47,463 nt of DNA from Basidiobolus ranarum (taxonomy: Eukaryota), in NCBI GenBank assembly GCA_040143965.1, contig JASJQH010006897.1, forward strand, positions 1 through 47,463, given 5' to 3'. The notes beneath the pieces were generated by a model. The model saw only the letters and a list, made by a program, of their open reading frames with translations, did no database searches and was not told the origin of the DNA. Made by a program: the position numbers and the translations under genes. This document shows, one piece after another, positions 33,877 to 45,743 of the stretch (position 1 is the stretch's first letter; each line of letters begins with the position of its first letter).

Positions 33877-36361
33877 ATGACAAATTACAAAGAAAGGTTA
33901 GTTATTTGATAACTTACCATCTTTTCGAGTGCTCAGACTTACCTTGTTACTACATAGACTCCAAATTTTCCTCGATATAACCAAGGTCAATGCTGGTTCT
34001 TCAATTGTTGACATGGAACAACTACGAAAGTTATGCTTTCAAGGTAAATTAGCATATAACCCAACATTTTCAAGTTCAGCATTAATATTGTACTTTATTG
34101 TAGGTATCCCTGATGAGCAAGGAATTCGACCAACTTGTTGGAAGGTATTTACCATAACTTGGTATATTTTATTGTCATATATTAAACTTTACTTGTTCAT
34201 AGCTTCTTCTTGGTTACCTCCCACCTGATAAAACTCAATGGAGTAAAATTCTAACCGAGAATCGCATATGTTATTACGTGAGTTTAGAAATGAAGCGACT
34301 TTACGTGTAACTTATGAGAAAAGCTGCTAATATATTGCTTAGAATTTTGTAAAGGACCTGACTGTTGATCCCGGGGAAGAAGAGGAAGAGTCAGTTGCAC
34401 CGACTGGTAGTGATCATGTAATTATATTCACTTCATATATCATTTATATCTGCTTTTCATGAAATCCTTACATTTCTTCTCTCCTCAAGCCTTTAAGTAA
34501 CGCACCGGATAGTAAGTGGAATACTTACTTTAAAGATAACGCTACTTTGGAACAGATCGATAAAGATGTTCGTCGTACTTTACCGGATTTTGCTTTCTTT
34601 CAACAACCAGTGAATCCATCTTCCTTTTCCCCACTTTCCCCTTGTTATGCTGAACAGTTGAAATCATCTCCTACTAAGCGTAAAAATCCTTCCTTAATCG
34701 AACCTATCGTCGGTAGACGCGCTCTATTTAAACGCTTACAAACCATCAATAAGAATTTCGGAGCTCGTAGTCGAAATGCTAACAAAAGGCCATCCAAGCC
34801 TATCCGAAAGATCTCCATGAATATCGCCGTGACTCCATCACCCAAGGAATTCTTAGAAAGAATGAATTCCCAAGATAGCAGTTCTGATGAAGAGGCATGT
34901 GACCTTCACTGGGAAGCTATCGAGCGATTACTTTTTATCTATGCCAAGCTAAATCCAGGTGTTGGGTATGTTCAGGGGATGAATGAGATTTTGGGGCCCA
35001 TTTATTATACAATGGCTAACGATTCGGATGAGGAAGCTCGAGGTAATTCATTTAGTTTGTCATGGATCAAGCTCAAAGAGCAATTTGTTAAATGGGATTT
35101 ATTTATGTAGCTCATGCGGAGGCGGATTCCTTCTTTGTTTTCACTCTTTTAATGTCTAACATTAGGGATCATTTTGTCCGATCTTTAGACAATAGTGCTG
35201 ACTCTGGGATCAATGCTTCGATGAAGAGAATGAATGAATCACTGAAGGAGATGGACCAGGAACTGTGGCAGAATTTGGTATTACACCACCGCATCCTCTC
35301 ACATTCTTCAAATTTAACTAACCACCGGGTGTTCATAGGAAGATAAAAATATCATCCCAACCTATTATGCTTTCAGGTGGCTGACTGTCATGTGTACACA
35401 GGAGTTTAGTCTTCCCGAGGTGATCCGGCTCTGGGATTCAATCCTGGCTGACCAAGATCGTAGTAATGGCAATGGCGATGGGCTAGGATTTCTCATTGAC
35501 TTTTGTTGCGCCATGGTCATGTAAGTAGATCCTTTGTAGAGGTTGAATACATGGAATCATCTGACCTTGTCTTGCTTTGTAGTTGTATTCGATCGGAGAT
35601 TCTCTCAGCATCGTTTGTAAATAGCATCAAATTACTGCAGGTTTGTTGCAATCCCATTATTGTTATCTACAGCATGGCTAACTCACCCTATTTTCATTCA
35701 GAATTTCCCCATTTCTGAGATTCATTTGGTACTTCAAAAAGCATACGAACTACGAAAGATACAACAAATTCGTTTGGAGACGCAAAAGATGCAAGAGGAA
35801 ACGTTACGTCGAATTCAAGAGAATCCCAATCTGTTGGAGCCTTATGGATTTTTCCCCTTGTCACCTACTTCCTCTGACAGTGATCTAGATTTCGATGAGA
35901 AATTAAACAAGAACGGTGATTACGCGGTGCCCAAGTCTAGAGGCTATCTCACGGATGAAAGTGACGATGACGATGATTTGATCATATTTAACTCTTTACC
36001 AAGAAATATTCATGAGTCAGCTAATCCCCCCACTGCCCTGCCAAGAACCCCACCACGTTCACCAACGTCAAGCGTTCGATTGAGTGGATTGTACCAGGTG
36101 GTTGGAGGACATACTCCCAAAAGAGATGCAAATGGCCTGGAGGAGGTTGGGCTTAAAGGTGGTGTTGATAGAGAATATATTTCTTCGGATAACACTGCTT
36201 CCGAAAATAAGGGATTTCAATTTCTCCGATCCAAAGTTAACCTGTTTACCAAATCCAACACCAATAATGATACTCCAGTCAGCACTGGCTCGGTAGCATC
36301 CAAATTGAGTCAAAGTGGTAGACGGTTCGCGGCATTTTGGAAGGAGCGTAGAGCTAATTAA
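33877..36361 (+). CDS. TBC1D13: Rab-GAP TBC domain protein, TBC1D13-like, about 10 exons
   Basis: LRKLCFQGIPDEQGIRPTCWKLLLGYLP, DHPLS, QIDKDVRRT (R finger), AKLNPGVGYVQGMNEILGPIYY (Q finger), AEADSFFVF and FRWLTVMCTQEFSLPEVIRLWDS. Confidence 0.88.
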
Positions 36362-37041
36362 TTTCATTTTAATCATTAATCATCCTAGTAATGGTCGGTT
36401 GGGTTCATCTGCCACGAGAGGAATCTTATATAGTGTTGTTTTTCTTTCTTATCCTTAGTCCTATACATTAATCTACCGAAATAACTGTCATTCCTCCTTG
36501 AATTCTACTCAAAAATCCTCAAATATATTCCCAATCATCTCCTCACCTTTGTCCTTATCAATCCACCCCCTCTATGGTTCAATAGAGGATTTCTCTGTCA
36601 TTATTCATTGATTTTGTTTTGATTCTTCCACATCATTCTTATTCATATACATAATTTCTTTACAATAAAATCTAAAGTTCGCTTGAATAGGGGTTGGATA
36701 TACGTATGTTAGTGTTGAATTTGATTCATCGTTAGGACTTGGTTGGTAAGCCAGGCATATTCACTCACTAGTGGTAGGTTTGAAAAATGATCCAGTCATT
36801 CTGATTTATAAAATATTATCCGTTGATAGCAACCGAAGGAATACCATTCAATGTGGGAAATAGTTAAGAGTAAACGGAAAGCCTAGTAAGTCAACCTTTT
36901 GATGAAGTATATGATATATATATCGTTCTATCGCCTTAAAACAAATGTCAGACGAGGTTGGATAAACGATGAAGGAAATCTGCGTATATGGTACATAAAG
37001 TCATCTAAAACGATGGAAGTTGGTGAGAAAATCACTCTGGA

Positions 37042-37863
37042 TTAGGATAGAATGTTGGGTGTTAACTCTAGCCGAATTGTCTCATTTCTATATTCAGGAT
37101 CAACAATCATTCTCTCAAAGCTTTCTACTTTCTGTAATCTACTCTCGAATTCGGAAACATTCTCTCTGCTGGATGTCTTCTCTGTGTATATCTGGTTCGA
37201 TCCACCTTTAGTAGTAAGAAATTTTTTTCTACCAAATAAAGGACCAATTAGACCAGAGGCTCTATTTTGATTTCGGAATTTCTTGGATGTGTGGACTTGA
37301 TTCATTTGGTTTCGTTTTAACAAGGATCCAGTGATAAATATAGACTTTTTAGGCTTTGAATCTTCTAAATAAGTATTCTGTGCACGCTCATACTCACAAG
37401 GGCATCTTTTCTTTGGACTTTTGGGAGTGATAAAGCAACTTTCGCAATGTTTGTCGTTGGAACTGGGTGGATTTTCTACTGGAGTTAACTCGTTGAAATC
37501 ACTACAAAGTTTATCGAATACGCTAGCGTCAATCTGAAATTCTTTTAATTCAGACTTGTTGGTATTGAGTACTGGTCTTTTCAACCAAGAAGACGTTTGA
37601 TTCGACCAAGTATGATGTGAGGGAGTGTCCTCCGTATTTCTAAGAATGTGTGTCACTCGAACATTTTCAAGTTCTGGTGTACCGAGTGATACTCGCTCCC
37701 AGGTTGAAGTGTCTGAGTTGGTTAGAGAAACACCCGAATCGGAACATTCATCATTGGGTGAGGTTTCTTGTTGATTCTTGGTGGTGAACTTGGGGAATTT
37801 TTTTGTAAGTAGTTTACGAAATGACCGGGAGATAGATTGAGTGAACTTGTTGGACGAAGACAT
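37042..37863 (-). CDS. Hypothetical S/T/K-rich, largely disordered protein
   Basis: Long uninterrupted ORF; ATG at 37863 (MSSSNKFTQ) is preferred over the TTG start; structured-looking C-terminus FERMI..ETIRLELTP. Confidence 0.6.
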   Translation of the reverse strand: MSSSNKFTQSISRSFRKLLTKKFPKFTTKNQQETSPNDECSDSGVSLTNSDTSTWERVSLGTPELENVRVTHILRNTEDTPSHHTWSNQTSSWLKRPVLNTNKSELKEFQIDASVFDKLCSDFNELTPVENPPSSNDKHCESCFITPKSPKKRCPCEYERAQNTYLEDSKPKKSIFITGSLLKRNQMNQVHTSKKFRNQNRASGLIGPLFGRKKFLTTKGGSNQIYTEKTSSRENVSEFESRLQKVESFERMIVDPEYRNETIRLELTPNILS

Positions 37864-38511
37864 GTTGCAACGTGAGCAGAGTGTTTCAGTCAAGTTAAAA
37901 CACGACTGGTGATATTCTAGAGTGGCTAAGGTAAAATTGGGTTGTATAATGTGTGCTATAATAAAGTCAATCAAGATACTTGCGAAGAAATAGAGAATAG
38001 TTTTAAAGTTATGCAGAGTAATCGGGTGGCTATCATTATAAGGAAAGTGTGAGTTACGCTAATAGGCAATTACCAAAGCTCCCCGAACCATCAATTCTAA
38101 ATAACCCTTGTAAATATCATGAAGTACCATTGTGGAGATCGGCATGTATCCCAATTTTGACATCAATCAAAGAGCTTTGATGATTGGATTTTTAGGGGGC
38201 TATGGTAATGTATGTTTAGTTTATCTAGTTAGTTTGGAAAAGATGCAAGGGCCAGTAGAGTCTCTGTGTAGAGTTGAAGGAAAGTCATCCGTTTATAGGT
38301 TGCATACGGTTTCTTTGTCAATCTTCTGGTCCACTAAGAAAGCGAAGAATTAATACTGCCATTGATGCATTAATATAACTCAAAGAGCAGACCGCATACA
38401 AACAAAGGCACCTTTGCATACATCAAAGCGGTTTTGCATACACGATCAATGCTGATGAATAATTTCACCATTGGGCAATAATAAGACAATACTGATCTAT
38501 TTTGATTTTGA

Positions 38512-38527
38512 TAACCCTAACCCTAAC
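38512..38527 (+). repeat. Short interstitial telomere-type repeat TAACCCTAACCCTAAC
   Basis: About 2.7 copies of CCCTAA in intergenic DNA. Confidence 0.65.
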
Positions 38528-38969
38528 ATCAACACTCCATTGTTCACCTTTTTTAGTAAGTAGCATGGAATCCAATTGGTCCCATCCGTTTCATATTTTA
38601 CCCATAAATTCAGGCTTTAATCCTGACATATGCGCACTATTGTAGAAACCATATATGGGAGGTTGTTAGTCAATAGAAGAGAAATATCTCATACATCCTC
38701 AAAATCAATGTTTATCGAGAAGTTGAGGGTAAGTTCCAACATTTATTTGGAGTTGTTCTGGTTTATATTGGAATGGTAAGGTATATGTCAACACTAATGT
38801 GAGAAAAATTGGAGGAATGGGTTAAAAGAAGGATGGGGGTGAGGTAATGTTGCTCTATGGAGTATAATAATGCTTCAAAATTATTAAATGATGGTTTCAT
38901 TTTGCTTAGTTCAATAATGGTGAATAGATGCTGGATAAAGTACATGAGAAATGGTATTTTGGATTTTGT

Positions 38970-40421
38970 TTAAGCATTGCTCCCCATAGGTCGCTCAACG
39001 ACTATACTGTCTGGTTGGCCATAATGGTGAGGCACAGGCATATGCTGTTCTGCATGGTGCTTTTCGTTATACGGGATCGCTACAACGTCATGTTGGTGTT
39101 GGTTGGAAGTTGACGGTGCTAAAGAATAAGACTCTAATGACTGTTCCGTCTCAAGCTGAGTCCTTTTCAGCATAACTTCATTGGGGTCGGTATCTACTCC
39201 TTGACGGGTTCCCCAAGCTGTAACATGTAGCGTGAATAAGGCGTACAACTTCATAATGGCAAAATAATAGTTGAAGAAAAGGAATGCGGGTACATATATG
39301 ATATCTTGTGGTCGACGCCAGAAATGAGGTAGAAGTTTAACAACACGAGTTAAGAGTAGCCAAGTAAAATATGACACAATAACTACCCACAAGGGCAGAT
39401 GGTAGAGTCCTTTTGCAGCTTTGACACAGAGTATAGCGACCAATACTGGCCCCGCTAACAAGGATATGGGATTAAAGAATTTATCCAACATGGTGTATGC
39501 TACATATGGAAATCGATGCCAAATCACCCGTTCTGTAATTAGGGAGCGAATATCGGAGCGCCAGGTATTACGAGTCCAACGTAAAACTTGTTTCAGGAAT
39601 CTCCAATTGTTTTTAAAAGTAGAAAGAAGCTCAGCCTCGGGACATACTTGGACGTATGTATTCCAGTTGTGTCGTACCATCCATCGGGTCAAGAATTTAT
39701 CATCTCCAGAATTCAATTGGTACTTGCCCAACCAAAAGTCGTTGGTAAAGTTGTGTATGAATGCTGGATCCTTCAAAATACATGTACGATAGGCAGCAGT
39801 ACGTCCAGAAAGACAGCAAACACCACCGTCAATGTGAGTTGATGCCGCTACTTCAATATTCCGCTGTGTCAAGCGAAATCCAGCCAAAACTTCCCAGACC
39901 GTTTGATGCTTTCCCACTGGTTTTACCGTTTGCGATGTGCCCACACCGCCCATCTTCCGATCTTCAAAGCAAGCCAGCATGTACTCTAAACATGTGGGCG
40001 GCCAAATAGCATCGTCATCTGCAAACACTAGAATTTCGGTAGTGGTATATCGGATTCCTTCTACCATCTGAACTCGCTTATTTGCTTTTGGTACAGTAAA
40101 GACCCGAATCCTAGTAGGGTCTACTGAGTTGGCTAATTGTTGTAAAGGTTCAAGCATTTTATCCTCTGTAATGATCAAAATCTCCTTAGGATTGTTTGCT
40201 AACCACGAATGTGCTGCTTCTTTGAACTCTTCTCCCGCATCGATTGTGGGTACAATGATGGTCACATCCTGTTCAGCTCGATACGTGGGGTTTTGTAGAG
40301 GTCTCTTGGGCTCATACACAAAATAGGCCGCAAGTTTGATAAAATACCACAAGTATCTGTATAAACCGATGATCCCGAACGGGATAAATACTGGAAAGAA
40401 ATCTGCTGTAAGATACAACAT
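38970..40421 (-). CDS. Processive GT2 polysaccharide synthase (Cps1 / hyaluronan synthase-like), intronless
   Basis: N-terminal TM, KR..M motif, ADDD (DxD), CLSGRTAAYR, SGDDKFLT, QVLRW (QxxRW), C-terminal TMs and WGTR. Confidence 0.85.
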   Translation of the reverse strand: MLYLTADFFPVFIPFGIIGLYRYLWYFIKLAAYFVYEPKRPLQNPTYRAEQDVTIIVPTIDAGEEFKEAAHSWLANNPKEILIITEDKMLEPLQQLANSVDPTRIRVFTVPKANKRVQMVEGIRYTTTEILVFADDDAIWPPTCLEYMLACFEDRKMGGVGTSQTVKPVGKHQTVWEVLAGFRLTQRNIEVAASTHIDGGVCCLSGRTAAYRTCILKDPAFIHNFTNDFWLGKYQLNSGDDKFLTRWMVRHNWNTYVQVCPEAELLSTFKNNWRFLKQVLRWTRNTWRSDIRSLITERVIWHRFPYVAYTMLDKFFNPISLLAGPVLVAILCVKAAKGLYHLPLWVVIVSYFTWLLLTRVVKLLPHFWRRPQDIIYVPAFLFFNYYFAIMKLYALFTLHVTAWGTRQGVDTDPNEVMLKRTQLETEQSLESYSLAPSTSNQHQHDVVAIPYNEKHHAEQHMPVPHHYGQPDSIVVERPMGSNA

Positions 40422-41748
40422 GCTATGCCACTCTCTTAATACTTGCTGGTAGGGTCAGTCAATGGAGCAGGTGTCTTGTTCAAAGAATTCTTTTGCTTTG
40501 CTTAAAATTCCAATCAAGGAGTGGTAAAGTTGATCAATGATTGAATTAGGTGGAAAGCATAAAGAGACCGAAATTTGGAGAGTATAGCCCAAAGAAGTGT
40601 AAAAGAGGCAGAAGACTTATCCAATTGTGGAATAGATGTAGGGGGCAGGAGGTAGATATAAGACTCAAAGAGAAGATCAACTCGTAACACCATTCGCTCA
40701 TGCAGGAGGTGGACATGTACTATAATGTCTTTTCGACACAATGCCATTTTATTAATGACTTCCTGAGATCACCACTGAAATTACTATTTCGCTCTCTAGT
40801 GTGAGTGAGAGGATATAATGAGTGTGGATATGATCCTCCCAATAAACCGGTTCTCACATCACGAAATGACGTTATCTTTCCTTAACATAGTAAAATCATC
40901 CAGGTGTTCGGGTTGGTTATGCAGTGTTTATCGAGAGGATTGAGGTAATCTTAAAGCCATGTACGATTTACATAGGATAACGCACATTAAGCGCACTAAA
41001 TGGCTTACACCCATTCAATGCATTATACCCATTGTATGTAGACGCCGTATCCGATACAACTGTTGGTCAGTTTAATCCCTATCTCCCCACGACTAGTTGA
41101 TTGTTTAGTGACGAAGGTGACGAGCATTACTTCAATAATTGGCCGGGTAATTCCATGAAACGTGCGCAGTTCGAACCCCTGGCCATCTGCCAGCTACTCT
41201 GTACAGATTCTATTTTACAAATACATTGCATCCTACTGAACAGTTTCACGTGGGCATACTTGGGAATTCATCCCGTGGTTTGCTCTTCATATCGTCGACA
41301 CACAATAGTATGGGGTAACACATTTATTTATCTATCGAATTCATACATCTCCATTCTTCTACAGTATTCTCGAGGTTTATTATTCCAATTCCGTAGAGGC
41401 GAGAAAGGTATCCAGAAGGTGAACCAAATAACATGAGTATTATTGGTGAAAGTTCAGATTTTTGCTTAGAGCGTGAATTATATAAAACCTTTTGTGTATG
41501 CAAAGACGAGGGAAAAAGAAATAAGCTCCATGATAATGGCGTAGAAACAAATATGGTCAGGTAAATTTGTACGCAAGTATTATTGGGGGAATACGAAGAA
41601 AGTATATATGATTAGGTTCCAGTAGAGAACAATATGAATTCAATGGATGTATATAATTCGGATAAATCATGTCGAAGCAAACAGAACAGATGAATTGCTT
41701 GGGTGAATAAAATGATGGAATAAAATGATGCTTTGGTATCGCGATTGT

Positions 41749-44700
41749 TTAGGGCTTCTTGGATAAGCGTTTTGGTATTCTAGGCCCGAAGCTAGGACTA
41801 CTCGTAGCAGATCGAGGAAGCTCTGAGTTCTTACCCAATGCTAGATTTCCCGTAGATCCGTTTCTATCATGGTTCAATGAAGCAAGCCCAGCAGCTAAGC
41901 TTCGGCTATTTCCGGTAGTGACACGATTACGACGCCGAGATTGGCTACCAGAGCGTGAGGTAGATTGTACTGCTACATTGCATAACTACTAAGCACATAT
42001 CTAAGCGAATGAGAGAATCTCCAGTATTACTTACATTGATTACGGCTCTTCTCATGCTTATATTGAACAACTCGAAAGTGAGAAAGAAGCTCCGGGAATT
42101 TTAAAACCTCAGCCTGGGTTGGAGCAGGCTTTGAGGAGTTTCGACGGGGCTCTGTAGGCTTCGATTCACTTCAAAGTAAAATGATCAGAAAGAGATCAGG
42201 GCTGATCGATATGTAACTTGGAAATAAAATACATTTTTTGGGGAACAAGATGAAGAAAGCCAAGTGAATTTACACTACTAAGACGGTTTCTAAGCGTAGC
42301 AAATGCACCACTCTGCGGTAGCAGCATCAAGACACCATACAGGCATTTGAATAGATAGGGGTATTTTTCAGGCTCCAAAAGTTGAAGCCGAAGGTCTATA
42401 TAAGGTCGATCTATTTAGAAATGTCTAAAGACAAGGATGAAGTATACTGGCTTACAAGTAAAAACTGGAGACTCTAGTAATTGCACTAGTTTATCGATCT
42501 GAATCAAAAAAGTCACGGTGATCTCTAAATCAGCACTGGAGGTATTGAGGAGTTAAGGATTCATATGCGGTTGCTTAGACATAGTCTCAAAACACTTCAA
42601 CCAAAAAGGATACAATATCTGAAGTAAGCTTGCGGCATGCTCATATACTTGCGCTAGGAGACACAAAGAGAATGTGGCTACGGCGTTATGACACCATGAT
42701 TTGTAAAGAGCAACAAAGAGCACTTGGTTTTCCTAGTTCAAGAATCATGTTAAAATGATTGCAACCCTTTGGTTTGGAGAGATTTACTAGAGCCAAACTT
42801 ACTTTACTATCCAAATGCTTCAAGCGGCGTCTAAGATCAGCCAACTCCGGTGATGTGATAAGGATGGTATTCAATGTTTGTACCATAATTCCAGCGAATT
42901 CCAAGTCCTAAACTTCATTAGCCACAGAGGAAAATCATCAAATGATAGATTCAACTCACCTCATCTTTCTCTAAGATTTCAGCAAAAGTTCGATAGATTC
43001 GTTCTGGATCCAAACTCAAACACAGTTGGCGAATGATTAGACTTCCGCGAGTGTCAAGAAGACGGCGATCAGTGCTCAGCAAAGACAGCAGCTTTTCCAT
43101 GAATCGAGTGAAATATTCGCCATCGGATGTTGACGAAATCTGAGCTAGAAGCTGCAAATCTCTTCGGACGACCTATTAGTTAATAACATCGTTAATACGA
43201 ATCATCTTTGATAGATATTCATGTTATATCCTCACCTCTTCAGAAGAATCAGACAAGGTTTTCAATAGAGCGGGAAACGTAACGTCCTCAGATGCATGGA
43301 TCTACACAATCATAGGTTAATTCCATATGCTTCCAGAGAAACCATGCCAATTTTTCCAGTTTCTACCTTGTGAGGTGCTTTCTTGTGAAGCATCAACAAC
43401 CACTCGAGACTAGCAACCCGTGTCTCTTCGTGCTCATTCAGAAATTGGAGAGTAAGTGCATTGACAGTAGCTTGATAATCAAAAGGATCTTCTTCGGTTA
43501 TTTCAATGATACTACTTATTTCATAATTCAACTCAGACTCTGGATTCTCGGCAATCTTACTGGGAGGTTCTTTCTTCATTTTGGTAGAAGCAGGGAGTGA
43601 GCGGTTGGACATCGAAGATAGTCGACCGCTAGGGACCTCGGTGGACTTTGGTTGAGCATCCGGTTCGGGATAAGTCAGAGTAGGAATATCGAGAACCAAC
43701 TTAAAAAGATTTGTGTTTGCCTGGATCGCTATAAGTCGAATAGGTGAAAATGCAAGTCAAGGAGTTCATGGTCAATTGAATGGTCAAGACAGCACTACTA
43801 TTCTATTTGAACAAAAGGATATCATCGATTTGATGTGCAAGGCATGGAAGAACTGCACTAATTAAAGTGGGGGCGAAGGCAATCATAACATCCTTGGCTA
43901 ATACGATGAATTCATTGATCCAACGCAAGGCGGTAGCTTGAATCTCCTCCTCTATGATGTATGAAGTTAGAAAGGTGCATTCTTTACTCTACAACCTATT
44001 GTATATAGTCTGCTTACCTGATGAAACTAAATGAGGCTTCAATATTTCAACAATTCGAGCATAATCGACTGTGACTCCTTGACCGGGAACCCAGACACCT
44101 TTGCCCTTCCCTTCACCATGATTAACGGAGAGTGTCTCCCAGTCATGAAGGGTGGAATCATTGAAAGTAATAAGAGTTTTATCGTCAACATCCTTAGGCT
44201 CTATAGTCAAGGGAGTCTCATCGTCAATCTCCGATTTGTCCGCAAGACTTTGCGCCTCCATATGCTTGATTAGCGCCATCGTTTGCTTCTGCTGGTCACG
44301 GACTTCCGCTGCTTCAGATATCTCTCTTAGGAAATCTCCTAGCAGAGTCGATGTGGCAACACGAACATCGGGGTTGGTATCACTTAGGAACTTGATCAGC
44401 CCATCCAGAAATTCTGGAAGGTAACTGACTAGTTCAAGATCTGGAATAGAATCTAATACTGTAATCCATGAGACTAAGAAGTGTCTGGTAAATGGATTTA
44501 GAGTGTAAATGCGTTCAGAAAGAAGGGGTATAAAACGAGGAAGAGAAAAAGTCGAGGATCTTGTGGGTACAAGGTCTCCGGGTTCTATTGCACCCGAGCC
44601 TTGCATACCAATAGTTGATTGTTCGGAAACAACATCTTTCACTAGGCGATCCAGAGTGTTTGCAGCAGTCTTGACTGCAAGTTCAGTATCTGTTGCTAAC

Positions 44701-45341
44701 TAAAATAAGAATAAACAAAAATACACATGCAAATGAATGAGATCCCTGTGAGAAATTCAGCGAAACGATGATAAAATGAATGAGTTACCTTGCTCAAGGC
44801 ATCAAATATCTCGTTGAAGAAACGTAGTATCTCTCCTTTAGAAACCTTTGCGATATTGTACATACTTTCACAAGATTGATATCTGACTTTCCACTCTTGG
44901 TCAGAAAAACAAGCCAGTACAGGTGGTACTATATCATCCAAATAGCCAACCACATCCTGAATTAAGTTGATTAGTTAGTATTGAACTGAGGCTTTAACAC
45001 CTTCTATAATATGATGAGGTTAATGATTTTACCGAGCCAAGTGCAATTGCAGCTGCCGCAAGTCCAATAAGACCGCCATTTCGGGAGTTTGGTGCTAAAG
45101 AATAGGCAAAATCTTGAACTAATGCTTGAAGGATTAGTTTTATACTCTCTCTGTCATCCAAAGCCACATAATCACGAACAATTCTATGATTCAAATTGTT
45201 TGTTTAGTCTTTCGTAGACGAATATATATAGTCACAATAGTCCTACCTTTCGACCTCTAAAGCAGCTGTCTTCCTCTTATCATAGATTTTATCATTCAAG
45301 CCACGAATAATCTGTGGAGTTAGCGGATGAAAGTCTGACAT
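41749..45341 (-). CDS. VAC14: PI(3,5)P2 regulatory scaffold Vac14, 14 exons
   Basis: [93 protein letters not shown] and [15 protein letters not shown]. The last-exon acceptor is somewhat uncertain. Confidence 0.95.
42536..42613 (-). other. U12-type (minor spliceosome) GT-AG intron in VAC14, 78 nt
   Basis: Donor GTATCCTTTTT; branch site TCCTTAAC (42559-42552) close to the CAG acceptor; removal restores LLQIF-ADLEITV. Confidence 0.93.
43744..43822 (-). other. U12-type AT-AC intron in VAC14, 79 nt
   Basis: Donor ATATCCTTTT; branch site TCCTTGAC (43763-43756); terminal CAC; removal restores [22 protein letters not shown]. Confidence 0.93.
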
Positions 45342-45743
45342 TGTTTGAGACTATTTCACTCACGCAAGTGTCTGCTTAGAGAACAGTAAAACGAGAAAGA
45401 TATTCAATGAATTATTACTGATTAATTTATGACCAATATGATTGCCTAATTTTAATGAGGGTGATTATGTGACGAGGTTTTGGTTACTATCATAAATTCC
45501 CATCTAACATCGTTTTATAAATATCATGGAGTTTAAATCTGATTGAATACAGATAAATAAGTATGCACAAACAGTATTTCCCTATGCAGCAAATCCTTGA
45601 GAGTCATGCGAGTAGTTCAACACACTATAACAGCCTAGAAAGTCAACTATATTAGGCTTGAACCCTTAGCTTTTGAGTCTACACCTTCAACATTAACTTT
45701 CCAAGTTATGTTATATTTATAAAGTATCTTTTCTACAAATATT

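Noticed and set aside
38512-38527. TAACCCTAACCCTAAC as a telomere end or telomerase RNA template
   Set aside because: It is internal and only about 2.7 repeats, longer than a typical template, and no supporting structure was seen; kept only as a repeat feature.
41944-42034. Alternative TAG acceptors in the last VAC14 intron giving a short C-terminus ending ..TIYLTLW*
   Set aside because: They would give unusually short introns, while the distal acceptor gives a typical length and a long open tail; cannot be resolved without RNA data.
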